Shown: piece after piece, positions 17,442 through 27,805 of the stretch
Layout: the number at the start of each line of letters is the position of its first letter
Position numbering within the stretch: the first letter of the stretch is position 1
Source: an uncultured Methanospirillum sp.
Lineage (GTDB): Archaea; Halobacteriota; Methanomicrobia; Methanomicrobiales; Methanospirillaceae
DNA length: 32,270 nucleotides
Direction of reading: 5' to 3'
Assembly: GCA_964637135.1 (NCBI GenBank)
Contig: CAZWTX010000030.1
Span: 1-32,270, forward strand
The notes under the pieces: generated by a model
The model's input: only the letters and a program-made list of their open reading frames with translations
Databases searched by the model: none
What the model was told of the DNA's origin: nothing
Position numbers and translations under genes: made by a program

Positions 17442-17509
17442 GGGAGGGGCTTTGGTGCCCCGACCTCACGCTCTTTTCTGGGGAATTTGGGGGTTCCACC
17501 CCCAATCCC
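17442..17509. repeat. GC-rich twin hairpins (REP/MITE-like)
   Basis: ggggc-tttggt-gcccc and ttggggg-ttcca-cccccaa. Confidence 0.5.
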
Positions 17510-17876
17510 TGTGCAAATGATTGTATTTTTACGTTTCACCGCCAGTATCAGCAGACACACACAATTGGGATGTATCCTCAGGGAAAGGCTCCAGGATAGA
17601 TTGTTGAGGATAAAGATTACCCCATGATTTTATCTCAGCCGATTGAATAATAACTGACCTTTACCGCCTTTTTCCTTTCTCAACACTATCACAGGATAAG
17701 CAGCTCTGGAGATCGAATAGGAGAAGTGAAAAGATAATCGATTGGACTGCAGGTATCCCGATCATCTCTGATTTTTATCAAGACGATTCCACTCGGGGTG
17801 GAAGGCCTCATACTGACGGGATTCTTCCCATCACGGTACTTGTATTATTGCTCCTGACACTCCTCCTTCTCTCTGG

Positions 17877-19004
17877 CTATGTTCCCTTAATCGACAGGTT
17901 GAGAGCATCCTGCTTTGCCTTCAGATACCGGGGATCATCGGGACTGCGTGACAGGAGCTGGTCTGCATAATACCTGGCCTTCTTCGGGTTGTGATTGGCT
18001 AATGCAATCTGGAATAACCCCATCTCGGAACTATCTTTAAAAAACTTGGCAAATTCGAATGAATTCATATCATGGAGATCATCTGCACTATATGACTCGT
18101 TAATTTTTTTGAATATCTTCTCTGCATATTCATAATTCCCTGATTTCAGGAGATACTGGGCTTTAAACAACGTGCTGAAATAGTGATATCTGTTCTCTTC
18201 ATTATATGCGTCAAAAATTGGAGAAGCATTCTTCAGATCCCCGTTATCAGCCGCAACATGAGCAAGAAAGAGATTAATTGTCTGCTCTGCATCTTTTTTA
18301 TCCTGTTCAGTAATATTGGGGGTATTGAACAATTCAGGGATTGATTCGTTCCCTACCATCGCCATATAACATGCCTTATCTAACCGGTAATCAATCTCTT
18401 TTCCCTTGTTTTCCCGAAGCATCCATCCCTTGTCCATCGTATCGAATGATCCACTAATATTGCCGGTGTATCTCTCATACAGCGATTTCCAGTCCCAGAC
18501 ATACCCGGTACTGTTAAACTGAACCGTAGCATTCTGCAGGGTTGCAAGAGACCCGTTCAGGTCTCCGAGCACTCGGTGTGCATCAGCCTTATATACCGCA
18601 TCGATGGGATCTCTCACCTCACTCTGAACAGCCTTTGTATAAAATTCGTGTTCCAGTGACGTGTTCTTCAATCCTTTCCATGCAAAATACCCCATGAGCG
18701 AATAAACCCCCGCAGTCTTGTTCTCATTCCGGATTGTCTGAAGGGTATCAATAGCCTTTTGGTACTGATGGTCCAGGAAGTATACCCGCCCCTGTTCCCG
18801 GATAAGCATATCCCGGTCATATTCCGGCGTTCCATGCAGATCGATGGCACGCTGGTACATGGCTATACTACTTTCAAAATCGCCATTATTCCAGAAATAT
18901 TCCCCTCCGTCGATGTATGAGACGACATTCGCACCGGATACCACAATGGGACATACAAACAGAACACAGAGGATGAGAAGAATGATCTGTTCCCGTCTTA
19001 CCAT
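17877..19004 (-). CDS. Secreted TPR-repeat protein
   Basis: N-terminal signal peptide; repeated helical motifs (GDFESSIAMYQRAI, GDLNGSL, GNYEYAE, LSRSPDD). Confidence 0.8.
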   Translation of the reverse strand: MVRREQIILLILCVLFVCPIVVSGANVVSYIDGGEYFWNNGDFESSIAMYQRAIDLHGTPEYDRDMLIREQGRVYFLDHQYQKAIDTLQTIRNENKTAGVYSLMGYFAWKGLKNTSLEHEFYTKAVQSEVRDPIDAVYKADAHRVLGDLNGSLATLQNATVQFNSTGYVWDWKSLYERYTGNISGSFDTMDKGWMLRENKGKEIDYRLDKACYMAMVGNESIPELFNTPNITEQDKKDAEQTINLFLAHVAADNGDLKNASPIFDAYNEENRYHYFSTLFKAQYLLKSGNYEYAEKIFKKINESYSADDLHDMNSFEFAKFFKDSSEMGLFQIALANHNPKKARYYADQLLSRSPDDPRYLKAKQDALNLSIKGT

Positions 19005-19473
19005 GACAGTGAATAGGTCTCCAGTGTTTTAAGTGAATGGGTTGAACGAGAAGAGAGCGATGTACTCCCTCCGTTCTGTCGCCGGAGAGAAATCTTCAGA
19101 CTGAACCATTACCAGATCTCTCGAAATCACACGGTACTCACCCGTTATTCAAAAGGCATAGGAGTGTTGGCATATGCTCAATCGGTCGACAATCTGTCGA
19201 GGTTGCATCAGAAACCGGGTAATGATGGGTACTCTGCACCCCGGTAATGGCTGGTACCGCTCGTTCCCCGTGAAACGTCTCTTTCATCACGGCGATGGGA
19301 AATTCTGCAGGAGATCTGAATCGGGTACCGGCTCTCCTTTGTTCCCCTCGTGATCATTCGAGGTATGGTGAACGTTACCCCTTATTTTGGCCAAAAGTTG
19401 GTGATTATTGCCCCCTGTTTTAGCCAAAAACCGACTCTGTTCATATCCAAAAAAGTGAACCAGAGATCTGATT

Positions 19474-21510
19474 TTAAATCCTGAAGAATTTCACCTGGCG
19501 GGAGACATTCTCCACAATTTCGTTCAGATTATTCATCACGCCGGAGATCTGATTCACCGCTTCTGCCACATCGTTGGTCGAATGAGCCGATTTATCGGCC
19601 TCTTTAGCGGTATCCCTGACCAGGTCCCCGACCTCATGGATACTTGCCGTGATCTCTTCCACCGATGCCGCCTGCTCCTCGGTTGCTGCGGCCACATCGC
19701 CCATGTTCCGGTTGATATCGGTGATTAATTCGACGATCCGGGTAAAGGTCGAGAGCGTATCGCCGAGTGCCTTCCCGCCGTCCTCAACCTCCTGAGAGGT
19801 CTTCTCCATCGAATCGGCAGCTTCAACCGTCCGCTGCTGGAGATTGGCGATGATGACCGAGATATTCTCGGCAGAAGACTGGGTCTCTTTGGCAAGGGTC
19901 TTCACTTCATCGGCAACCACCGCAAACCCGAGTCCGGCTTCTCCGGCCCGGGCCGCTTCAATGGCGGCATTCAGGGCAAGCAGTCCGGTCTGATCGGAGA
20001 CATCCCTGATAAGCCCGATGATCTTTCCGATCTCTTCCATCTGGCGCCGGATATCCCCGATAATGACACTACTCTCCTTTGTTGATGCCGTTATCCCTAC
20101 CATCCCTTTATCCGCAATCCCGGCCAGGATGGCCCCGTCTTTTGAGAGTCCGTCCGCCTCGGTAGTGAGCTTGCTGACCTCCTCTGTCTTCATTGCGACC
20201 TGGTTAACCGTGGTGTTGAGATCTTCCATCGCTTTGAGGATCTGCTCAACCCCGGAGTTGCTCTTCTCGGCATTCTGGCTGACGATTGTCGAGGAGTCGG
20301 AGATATCCCGGGCACTTGCCGAGACCTCCTCCGTGCTGGCATTGGCCTCCTGTGCATTGGCCATGAGGTCATCAAGTTCGTGCTGAATGGCCGTGATCGC
20401 ATCTGATACACAGGTTCCGCTGTAATTCAGGGATTTTTTAAACGTTTCAAAGTCCCCGGACACGACGGCATGCTCGTCATACCTCGCCGAAAAAGTCCCG
20501 GTGGCGAATTCGTTCACGATCCGCATCGCTTCCTTGAGCGGACGGACAAATGACTCGACCAGGGCATTGATCCCGTCGACCATCACCAGGAACTCCCCGT
20601 CAAAGGAGGCAGTGTCGATAACGACATCGAGGTTGCCCCGTTTCACTTCTTCGACGGTGTTGATGATCACGGCATTCGTGCGTTGTGACTTCTCAAGGTT
20701 CGCCGTAATCTCCCCGTTCTGCTTCTCAAGATTTGCCGTCATCTGGTCGAACGACGAACCGATATGGGTGATCTCGTCCTTCCCGGTCATGGATATCCGG
20801 TGGGAGAGATTGCCACTCCCGACCTCCTTCATCCCGGCAAGCAGCAGGTTGAACCGCCGGGTAAGATTCCGTATGATAAACCACGAGATGAAGAGCAGGA
20901 TTGCAGCACAGATGATCGTAATCAGGATGGTCATGATCACGATAGTGGTATAGATCGTATGAGCATCGGAGTAGTACTGGAACGCCGTCTGGTTATTCAG
21001 TTCGACCAGGTTCTGGATCTCGGTCATGACTTCCGCCCGTTTTGATCCTGCCTGTTCGTTTCTGATTTTGGCCGCTTCCTCGTCCTTTCCTTCAAGGGTG
21101 AGGGAATTGACCCTTCCGACGATATCAAAATACTCTGATGAAGCCTGTTTCAGGTTCCCGACGATCTCCTTCTCCTCGTTATCCATGGGAATCGATTCAT
21201 AGGAGGCAAGTTTCTCATTGAACCGGACCTTGTTTGGTTCCAGGTTGTTCGTGACCATATCCTGCTTCTTGGCCATGTCCGGTTCCATCGAGAACCTGTA
21301 TCCCTCGACGGCATAACTGAGCATATCGTTGTATGCCTGAACGGCCAGGACCGAATGGGCATATTTATTCTCGTACAACCGGTCAAGCTGACCATTGATC
21401 GTACTCGTCGCAGAGATCCCGACTAATCCTACGACAATGATCGCAATAATGCCCACGATTACCAGGATGAGCAATTTTCTGCTCATCGTCAGATCATCAA
21501 GCTGTATCAT
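19474..21510 (-). CDS. Methyl-accepting chemotaxis protein (4HB sensor, 2 TM, HAMP, signalling domain)
   Basis: QTGLLALNAAIEAARAGEAGLGFAVVADEVK hairpin; KDEI HAMP motif; RBS ggggaggt supports ATG 21510. Confidence 0.95.
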   Translation of the reverse strand: MIQLDDLTMSRKLLILVIVGIIAIIVVGLVGISATSTINGQLDRLYENKYAHSVLAVQAYNDMLSYAVEGYRFSMEPDMAKKQDMVTNNLEPNKVRFNEKLASYESIPMDNEEKEIVGNLKQASSEYFDIVGRVNSLTLEGKDEEAAKIRNEQAGSKRAEVMTEIQNLVELNNQTAFQYYSDAHTIYTTIVIMTILITIICAAILLFISWFIIRNLTRRFNLLLAGMKEVGSGNLSHRISMTGKDEITHIGSSFDQMTANLEKQNGEITANLEKSQRTNAVIINTVEEVKRGNLDVVIDTASFDGEFLVMVDGINALVESFVRPLKEAMRIVNEFATGTFSARYDEHAVVSGDFETFKKSLNYSGTCVSDAITAIQHELDDLMANAQEANASTEEVSASARDISDSSTIVSQNAEKSNSGVEQILKAMEDLNTTVNQVAMKTEEVSKLTTEADGLSKDGAILAGIADKGMVGITASTKESSVIIGDIRRQMEEIGKIIGLIRDVSDQTGLLALNAAIEAARAGEAGLGFAVVADEVKTLAKETQSSAENISVIIANLQQRTVEAADSMEKTSQEVEDGGKALGDTLSTFTRIVELITDINRNMGDVAAATEEQAASVEEITASIHEVGDLVRDTAKEADKSAHSTNDVAEAVNQISGVMNNLNEIVENVSRQVKFFRI

Positions 21511-21775
21511 GTACCTCCCCTCCAATGGCAGTCCTTTATCCTGAACACATATATACCCGGCTCCTGCCAATCAAAAGTATTCGGCACGCCCGGAGCCAGG
21601 TTCATTCAGGTAAGATGAGCAATTTCAGGAAGATTTCCCCTGGAAAGTGCACTCCGGTCCTGATCACCGGACATGGGTTGGATACCAAAAACCGGATGCA
21701 GGTTTTCCATGATGATCCTGGCAGAAAAAAGGGGTATCGATGATCCGGTGATATAAACAACACCTGATTCACTAC

Positions 21776-23077
21776 TCAGCTGTCCCATTCACCCCAGGGA
21801 TCATGCCCGGCCAGGAGATATGAGACGAGAAAGGCCCGGCTTTCATTTGTCCAGTTCTGTCGTGCCGCAAAATGGAAGAGTTCATGGGCCAGGGTCAGTT
21901 CGTCTGCTCCGATCCCGAAACAGAGAGCGGTCCAGTCTGCATACGTTCCGGCCGGACGGTGCGTGGTATCACCATACGTCTTACCATAGGAATTTTCATC
22001 GCACAACGCGTTTTCTCCGGAAAAAAAGGCATCCCGGCGGAATGTCCGGGGCATGGACAGGTTGTCAGGGTAGATGATCAGGGGATTTGTCCCGAGGGCT
22101 CCGAGCATGTCATCGGTCAGGCTTGCATGCCCTTCCTCCCCGGAGAGGTAATCGATGTCCGCAAAATTCACGATGTACTCAGGATCACCGACATGCGCAT
22201 TCCAGTATTCGCAGAAATCTTCCATCCGGGTCAGAACCCCGCTTTCGAGACTGGATTCGATGAATTCCAGGTACCCGTTTACCTCCTCTTTCCATCCGGC
22301 AAAAACGGAATAGACAATCCGGGGATCGTCGGGAAATTTGGCATTGTGGTATCCGGTCCGGGACAGGGAGAAGAATTTCTCCTGGTCTGAAACCGTTCCG
22401 TCGGCATTATGGGCGATAATCATATCCCACCATGAATAGGTGACATCAAACGTCGACGACGATTCACAGTGATCCCGGTACTCCGGATGGGAGAAGACCG
22501 TCCCCGAACCGCCACCATCCGGAATGACCCCGTCCGGGTGGCGGGGCATATCCCCGTACGAGAGGGTCAGGGTATCTCCCGCTTCAGAAAGACCGGTAAT
22601 GTGTCTGTGCTGATCGATCCTCCCGGTATTTGCCCAGCGACTGGTACCACTTTTATAGCAGGTTCGTTCAATAACGGGTGGACTGTTGTGACGTTTCGGT
22701 CTTCTGGTCGGCGGATGTTCACAGCAGTGTATCTTCTTTGGATCAACATACCCCGGTCCCTGTGCGTTCAGGGTTGAAACCGGATATTGCATTCCTGACG
22801 GACCGGTTATCATCACCCTGCCGGTGAACCGGGCATTTCTGGACATGACAAAAGGAGTTTTTTTCAGACTGAATGTTACTGGAATCTGAATGGATGCTCC
22901 GGGTTTCAGGCTAATTTTGCGATACTTCTTGTCAATACTGAACGCACTTCCGGTCAGGGACAGAGAAAAAGAAGATTTCACGTTCCGGGGATTTTTAAGA
23001 TCGATACTGAACTTCTCCGGCCCATAGGCCGATAGCGATGAGACCATTTCAGTTGTTTTTCTTACAAGGTGTTTCAC
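21776..23077 (-). CDS. Ig-like N-terminal domain + C-terminal HEXXH metallopeptidase-like protein
   Basis: TLAHELFH; N-terminal LKN...ISLKPGASIQIPVTF beta-sandwich pattern; GTG 23077 after ggtga (ORF open to 23164). Confidence 0.65.
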   Translation of the reverse strand: MKHLVRKTTEMVSSLSAYGPEKFSIDLKNPRNVKSSFSLSLTGSAFSIDKKYRKISLKPGASIQIPVTFSLKKTPFVMSRNARFTGRVMITGPSGMQYPVSTLNAQGPGYVDPKKIHCCEHPPTRRPKRHNSPPVIERTCYKSGTSRWANTGRIDQHRHITGLSEAGDTLTLSYGDMPRHPDGVIPDGGGSGTVFSHPEYRDHCESSSTFDVTYSWWDMIIAHNADGTVSDQEKFFSLSRTGYHNAKFPDDPRIVYSVFAGWKEEVNGYLEFIESSLESGVLTRMEDFCEYWNAHVGDPEYIVNFADIDYLSGEEGHASLTDDMLGALGTNPLIIYPDNLSMPRTFRRDAFFSGENALCDENSYGKTYGDTTHRPAGTYADWTALCFGIGADELTLAHELFHFAARQNWTNESRAFLVSYLLAGHDPWGEWDS

Positions 23078-23387
23078 ACTCTCACCCCCGCAGGGTATGT
23101 GGCTATTCGTGCACGGGGGAATAAACTTTCTTCTGAACCAGAAAATGAGGGAAAATCTCCCCATTCAGATGGTTACTCCCGGACGCATCGATGGGTGATC
23201 AGGGAAAGCAGGGGATCCATCTCCAGCGGGAGGACATAATCCTGACATCCCGCATTTTCCCCATATCATTATTCCCGCTCTATTCACCCGTTTTTCGCCA
23301 CTCCTCGTGAGTCCGACTATCGGGAACAGAGTGAGGTGAGGGAAATTATTTGCATATTTTTATGTTCCCATATGAATATTCCATACT

Positions 23388-24911
23388 ATGGGTAATCGGG
23401 GGAGACTTCTCATAGTCATGCTGGTACTCTTCTGGGTGGCAGGAACCGGTGTTGCAGATGAACCGGTAAATATCTCCATGTTTGATCCGGATACGTTTCA
23501 GATACCTCTTGACTCCGGTCCGGAACATGAAAACCTGACCGTTTTCAGTCTTGTCTCGGAGGAGTCAAAGAAGGTACATGGAACCGGAAACCTCTCAACG
23601 GCGATTGTGGTAACCGATCCGTCCGGAGACAGATCGGAATCAGCATTGCAGATAAACGGTTCAGATGAGACCTCCTGGTCGTATTCTACGAGTATTTATA
23701 ATTCATCACCGTATTCCTACACCATTATCGACCTCTCGGTCGCGAACGCTGACCGTGTCTGGGCTCATACCATCTCCAGCGCGAATGAGCATCTGGAAGT
23801 GGCAGAGTCCGAGGTAGATTTAGACGATGATGTGGACGGAGTTCTCTTCTTCGGCTCTGTCTTCCCAACCGATCCGGATTATCACTATATGAAAGGGCCT
23901 GAGACTATCATGATCCTGATGGATATCTCCGGATCCGGATATGTAGCAGATGTAGCCCGGCATTACAACCAGCGATCGGCATCCGCTCCACGGGGTACCG
24001 CGATTCTGGATCAGATCCGGTCAGCACGGGCTGATGAGATCGCTGCGATAACCGATTCTGATCTTGAAGTACCGAATCTAACGGAGATCAGAGGCAGCAG
24101 CCTTACCTTGCTCGGAGATGTTGATTATCCCCTGTTATCCTATTCGTACATGGACATGGAACAGCCCGGAACCGTGGGATATCGTGAAGGATTCTGTCGC
24201 GCTTCGGCTGAGGAAGTCGGTTCCGGACAGGACATTACCGGTGTTACCGCATCCTCGTTGAGTCTTGAGTCGTCCCAGGTCCGCGATAATGAAGATAATG
24301 ATATGTATATAACCGCTCTCTCCGGACGTAATGTGACCAGCTGTTCATACGTGAGCAGTAATTATGATACCGGAGTTTCTGGCAGATTAAATAGTAATTA
24401 CCGTCTCTCTGCTGATTCCCGGTCCGAATTCACCGAGACCGGTTATGTCGGAAATGCGATGTCTTACGACAATATACAATTGAGAGCCCCGGTTGACGAA
24501 TCTTCAGATACATCAACCATGCTCACCGGCGATCATACCCTGGTCATCGACGGCGCTTCTTCCTCGCTGACCGGAACCTATGAAGGTTCCGCTCCCCGGA
24601 TCAGGCACATTGGATCTGGCATGGGCAAAACCTCCCAGGGAAGAATTACCTGTACGATTGGCGATGTTGGGACGACATCTATGGCAACATTGAAAGGGTA
24701 TGTTCAGACCAGGGGTTCATCGGTATCGGCCGGTTCTGCATCAACACAGAATCTCTTCTATGTCGATGCCGAGAGGGGGGTTCCCATGGAATGGGTTTCC
24801 CGGGCTGCCAATGATGATGAAGGTGTAATGTCCACCGGCTCTTCGAACGCTGGATCGCAGTTCATCAGGCAGAAAGCCTACGCCGACCGATCCACCCTGA
24901 TTGCAACCTGA
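23388..24911 (+). CDS. Secreted acidic beta-rich protein, tandem paralog 1
   Basis: Signal peptide ending VA-DEP; S/T/D/G-rich; full-length similarity to 25363..26895. Confidence 0.85.
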   Translation: MGNRGRLLIVMLVLFWVAGTGVADEPVNISMFDPDTFQIPLDSGPEHENLTVFSLVSEESKKVHGTGNLSTAIVVTDPSGDRSESALQINGSDETSWSYSTSIYNSSPYSYTIIDLSVANADRVWAHTISSANEHLEVAESEVDLDDDVDGVLFFGSVFPTDPDYHYMKGPETIMILMDISGSGYVADVARHYNQRSASAPRGTAILDQIRSARADEIAAITDSDLEVPNLTEIRGSSLTLLGDVDYPLLSYSYMDMEQPGTVGYREGFCRASAEEVGSGQDITGVTASSLSLESSQVRDNEDNDMYITALSGRNVTSCSYVSSNYDTGVSGRLNSNYRLSADSRSEFTETGYVGNAMSYDNIQLRAPVDESSDTSTMLTGDHTLVIDGASSSLTGTYEGSAPRIRHIGSGMGKTSQGRITCTIGDVGTTSMATLKGYVQTRGSSVSAGSASTQNLFYVDAERGVPMEWVSRAANDDEGVMSTGSSNAGSQFIRQKAYADRSTLIAT

Positions 24912-25362
24912 ACAGGCCGTTCCAGGCCCTCTTTTTTCAGCGGGGAGCAGGCACCCGATCAATCCGTTATCCGCAGAACATCACCTCCTCCATCCCTGGA
25001 ATGACGGTGATACGTGAAGATCGGGCTGATCGCGGATACTCCCCTCATTTTTCCTCTTCTATGACAGGAACCTGCCTGAAACCGGCAGGAGGTACTCCGG
25101 TATTCGGACCGGTTGTTCCGGTCGGGATTGATCTCGGGAATATGACGTTCATCGTCATTCCTGACTACACTGGGATGCACGTGTCATGGGTGTCGGAGGA
25201 AAGGGGGGAGTTTCGGGATTGGAGAATGAACTCCGGCCTTGTCATGCGAGCAAGGAGCATTGTAGATAACGGGATGCATTCTTCCTAATCCTGATCACTC
25301 CCCGGACCGGCGAAGATGAATTATTTGCATATTTTTATATACTTATATGAATATTCCCATTT

Positions 25363-26895
25363 ATGGGTGATCGGGGAATACATTTTATAATGATGCTGTC
25401 CCTCCTCTGGGCGGTCGGAATGGTTGTTGCGGACGAACCGGTGAATATCTCCATGTTTAATCCGGAGACGTTTCAGATACCGGTTCCTTCCGGTATGGAT
25501 CATGGGAATCTGACTCTTATCAGCCTCAATGATATGGAATCAGAGCGAATCAGGGGAACCGGAGACCTTTCGAAGACGATCCGGGTCACTGATGCTTCCG
25601 GAGATCAATCGGTGTCTGAACTGATCATAAACGGGTCGGATGAGACCTCCTGGTCGTATTTTGCGAGCATGGTGAATACTTCATCGTATTCCTATACCAT
25701 CATCGATCTCACGGTCGCGGATGCTGACCGGGTATGGGCCCATAGTATCTCCACCGCGAATGAGAACCGGGATATTGCACAGTCAGAGGCATATGTATAC
25801 GAAGATGTGACCGGAGAGCTGTATTTCGGTTCCGCCTTCCCGACCGATGAGGGGTATTCCTGGATGAAGGGCCCGGAGAGCATCATGATCATGATGGATC
25901 TCTCCGGATCCATCGATGCATGGGATGTAGCTGAACATTATACTGGGAATTCCGGGCCTTCTTCGTTGAATACCAGAGATATGGCTCAAATCCTCTCGGC
26001 ACGGGGTGATGAGATGGCAGCGATGATCGATTCTGATCCTGAAGATCTGAATCGTACAGAGATCAGAGGAAGCGGCCTTACCCTGCTGCAAACAGATGAC
26101 CCGGTCAATGTTTCAGTCGGGTACATCAGCCTGGATGATTCCGGCACCATTGAATACCGTGAAGGATTCTGTTCCGCTTCGACTGAAGAGGTCAGGTCCG
26201 GACAGTACATCTCTAATCTTACCGCACCCCGGCTTGATATCGAGTCAGACCAGGTCCGCGACAGTGGAGATGATGAGATATATGGTGAGGCTATTCTCAC
26301 CGGGCGCAATGTGACCGCCTTTACCTACGAGGGCTGGAATTATGACCCCGGGGGAAAGGCCAGAATGGAAATTAATTACCTCCTTTCTGCTGATGACCGG
26401 GCAGTGTTCTCCGAAGCGGGCTATATCGGGGAAACGATGATATCCGACGATATTGGATTAATGGCCCCGGTTGATGACTCTTCAGATACATCGACCATGC
26501 TCTCCGGTGAGCATACCCTGGTATTTGACGACGTTTCTTCCTCGCTGACCGGAACCTATGATGGTTCCGCTCCCTGGATCAGGCACATTGGATCTGGCAT
26601 GGGCAAAACCTCCCAGGGAGGAATATACTGTAGGGTTGGCGATCCTGAGACGACATCAATGGCAGCGTTGAAAGGGTATGTTCAGACCCAGGGTTCATCG
26701 ATATCGGCCGGTTCTGGTTCGACACAGAATCTCTTCTATGTCGATGCCGATAGGGGGGTTCCCATGGAGTGGGATTCCTGGGCTGCAAATGATGATGATG
26801 ATGATGGTGTAACATCCACCGGCTCTTCGAACGCCGGATCCCGGTTCATCAGGCAGAAAGCCTACGCTGACCGATCCACCCTGATTGCATCCTGA
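25363..26895 (+). CDS. Secreted acidic beta-rich protein, tandem paralog 2
   Basis: As above; the upstream ttatttgcatatttttat promoter region is also duplicated (23346 and 25321). Confidence 0.85.
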   Translation: MGDRGIHFIMMLSLLWAVGMVVADEPVNISMFNPETFQIPVPSGMDHGNLTLISLNDMESERIRGTGDLSKTIRVTDASGDQSVSELIINGSDETSWSYFASMVNTSSYSYTIIDLTVADADRVWAHSISTANENRDIAQSEAYVYEDVTGELYFGSAFPTDEGYSWMKGPESIMIMMDLSGSIDAWDVAEHYTGNSGPSSLNTRDMAQILSARGDEMAAMIDSDPEDLNRTEIRGSGLTLLQTDDPVNVSVGYISLDDSGTIEYREGFCSASTEEVRSGQYISNLTAPRLDIESDQVRDSGDDEIYGEAILTGRNVTAFTYEGWNYDPGGKARMEINYLLSADDRAVFSEAGYIGETMISDDIGLMAPVDDSSDTSTMLSGEHTLVFDDVSSSLTGTYDGSAPWIRHIGSGMGKTSQGGIYCRVGDPETTSMAALKGYVQTQGSSISAGSGSTQNLFYVDADRGVPMEWDSWAANDDDDDGVTSTGSSNAGSRFIRQKAYADRSTLIAS

Positions 26896-27055
26896 ATGGG
26901 CCATTCCAGGCCATCTTTTTTCCGGGTCCGGGGCATCGGAGTCTCATGAGCGGGTATTCCCCTCCTGCCGATGAATTGACGATGAATTCTGGTTTAATCA
27001 TGACCCGCCGGCCCGGGTTCGATATCTTATTTACCAACCGGATACACTCTTCATC

Positions 27056-27469
27056 ATGATGGCGAAGAAGTTCCTGATACTGGCATTTCTTCTGGTATGG
27101 GTTGGATTATTCCCCGTGTGGGCAGAATCATCAGAAATTCCAGACCTTTTGGGTACCTGGACCGGGCATTCTGTTGGTCATTACGTAAAAGAAGGGTATA
27201 CCAATGAAACTGCATTTACTTACGTTTTTGTTATTACTGACCAGGAGGGCAGAGCTTTCAACGGTACGCTGTATGAATCCGGAATTCACGGTGACATAAC
27301 CTATGGAGAATCGGGTGTCATCAGTTATGACATGAAAACTCTTCATCTGGCCGATCATGACAAGGGGTACAATCATGGCTATCTGATGACACCGGATACC
27401 ATGGAACTGATACTCCTGGTAGATGGTGAAGACGCACTTGCAGAAGTATGTGTCCTGAAAAAAGGATGA
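27056..27469 (+). CDS. Small secreted beta-barrel-like hypothetical protein
   Basis: Signal peptide; IPDLLGTWTG...ITDQEGRAFNG pattern. Confidence 0.8.
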   Translation: MMAKKFLILAFLLVWVGLFPVWAESSEIPDLLGTWTGHSVGHYVKEGYTNETAFTYVFVITDQEGRAFNGTLYESGIHGDITYGESGVISYDMKTLHLADHDKGYNHGYLMTPDTMELILLVDGEDALAEVCVLKKG

Positions 27470-27805
27470 AGGCTCAGTTTTGTTGAAACCGATATAAGGC
27501 GGGTTCACGGGGAACACCTGGCATGTCCCGTATGGTTACCTTCTGGGTTCATGGCCTACCCCCAAATCGGGGTGAATTTTCCGGATTTTCAGATATCAGT
27601 GGGATATGGGGGATTGGTATTGTCATCCGTACCAGAATTCTCCCTATCATCGTCCCGGCCATACTGCTATCCGGGCCGGGAACCGGTGAGGTCTCCGATG
27701 GATACCCACGGCAATACGATCTGATCGGCCATGAGGGCCGGTTCTTTCCGTTCCTTCCCACATCATTTCGCAAGAATTATGAGTGTACCCCCCAGGGGTT
27801 AGATA

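Noticed and set aside
25001..25288. 95-aa ORF between the tandem paralogs
   Set aside because: No RBS or motif support; possibly a fragment
27005..27025. cccgggttcgat as a tRNA T-arm or att site
   Set aside because: No cloverleaf or acceptor stem can be formed around it
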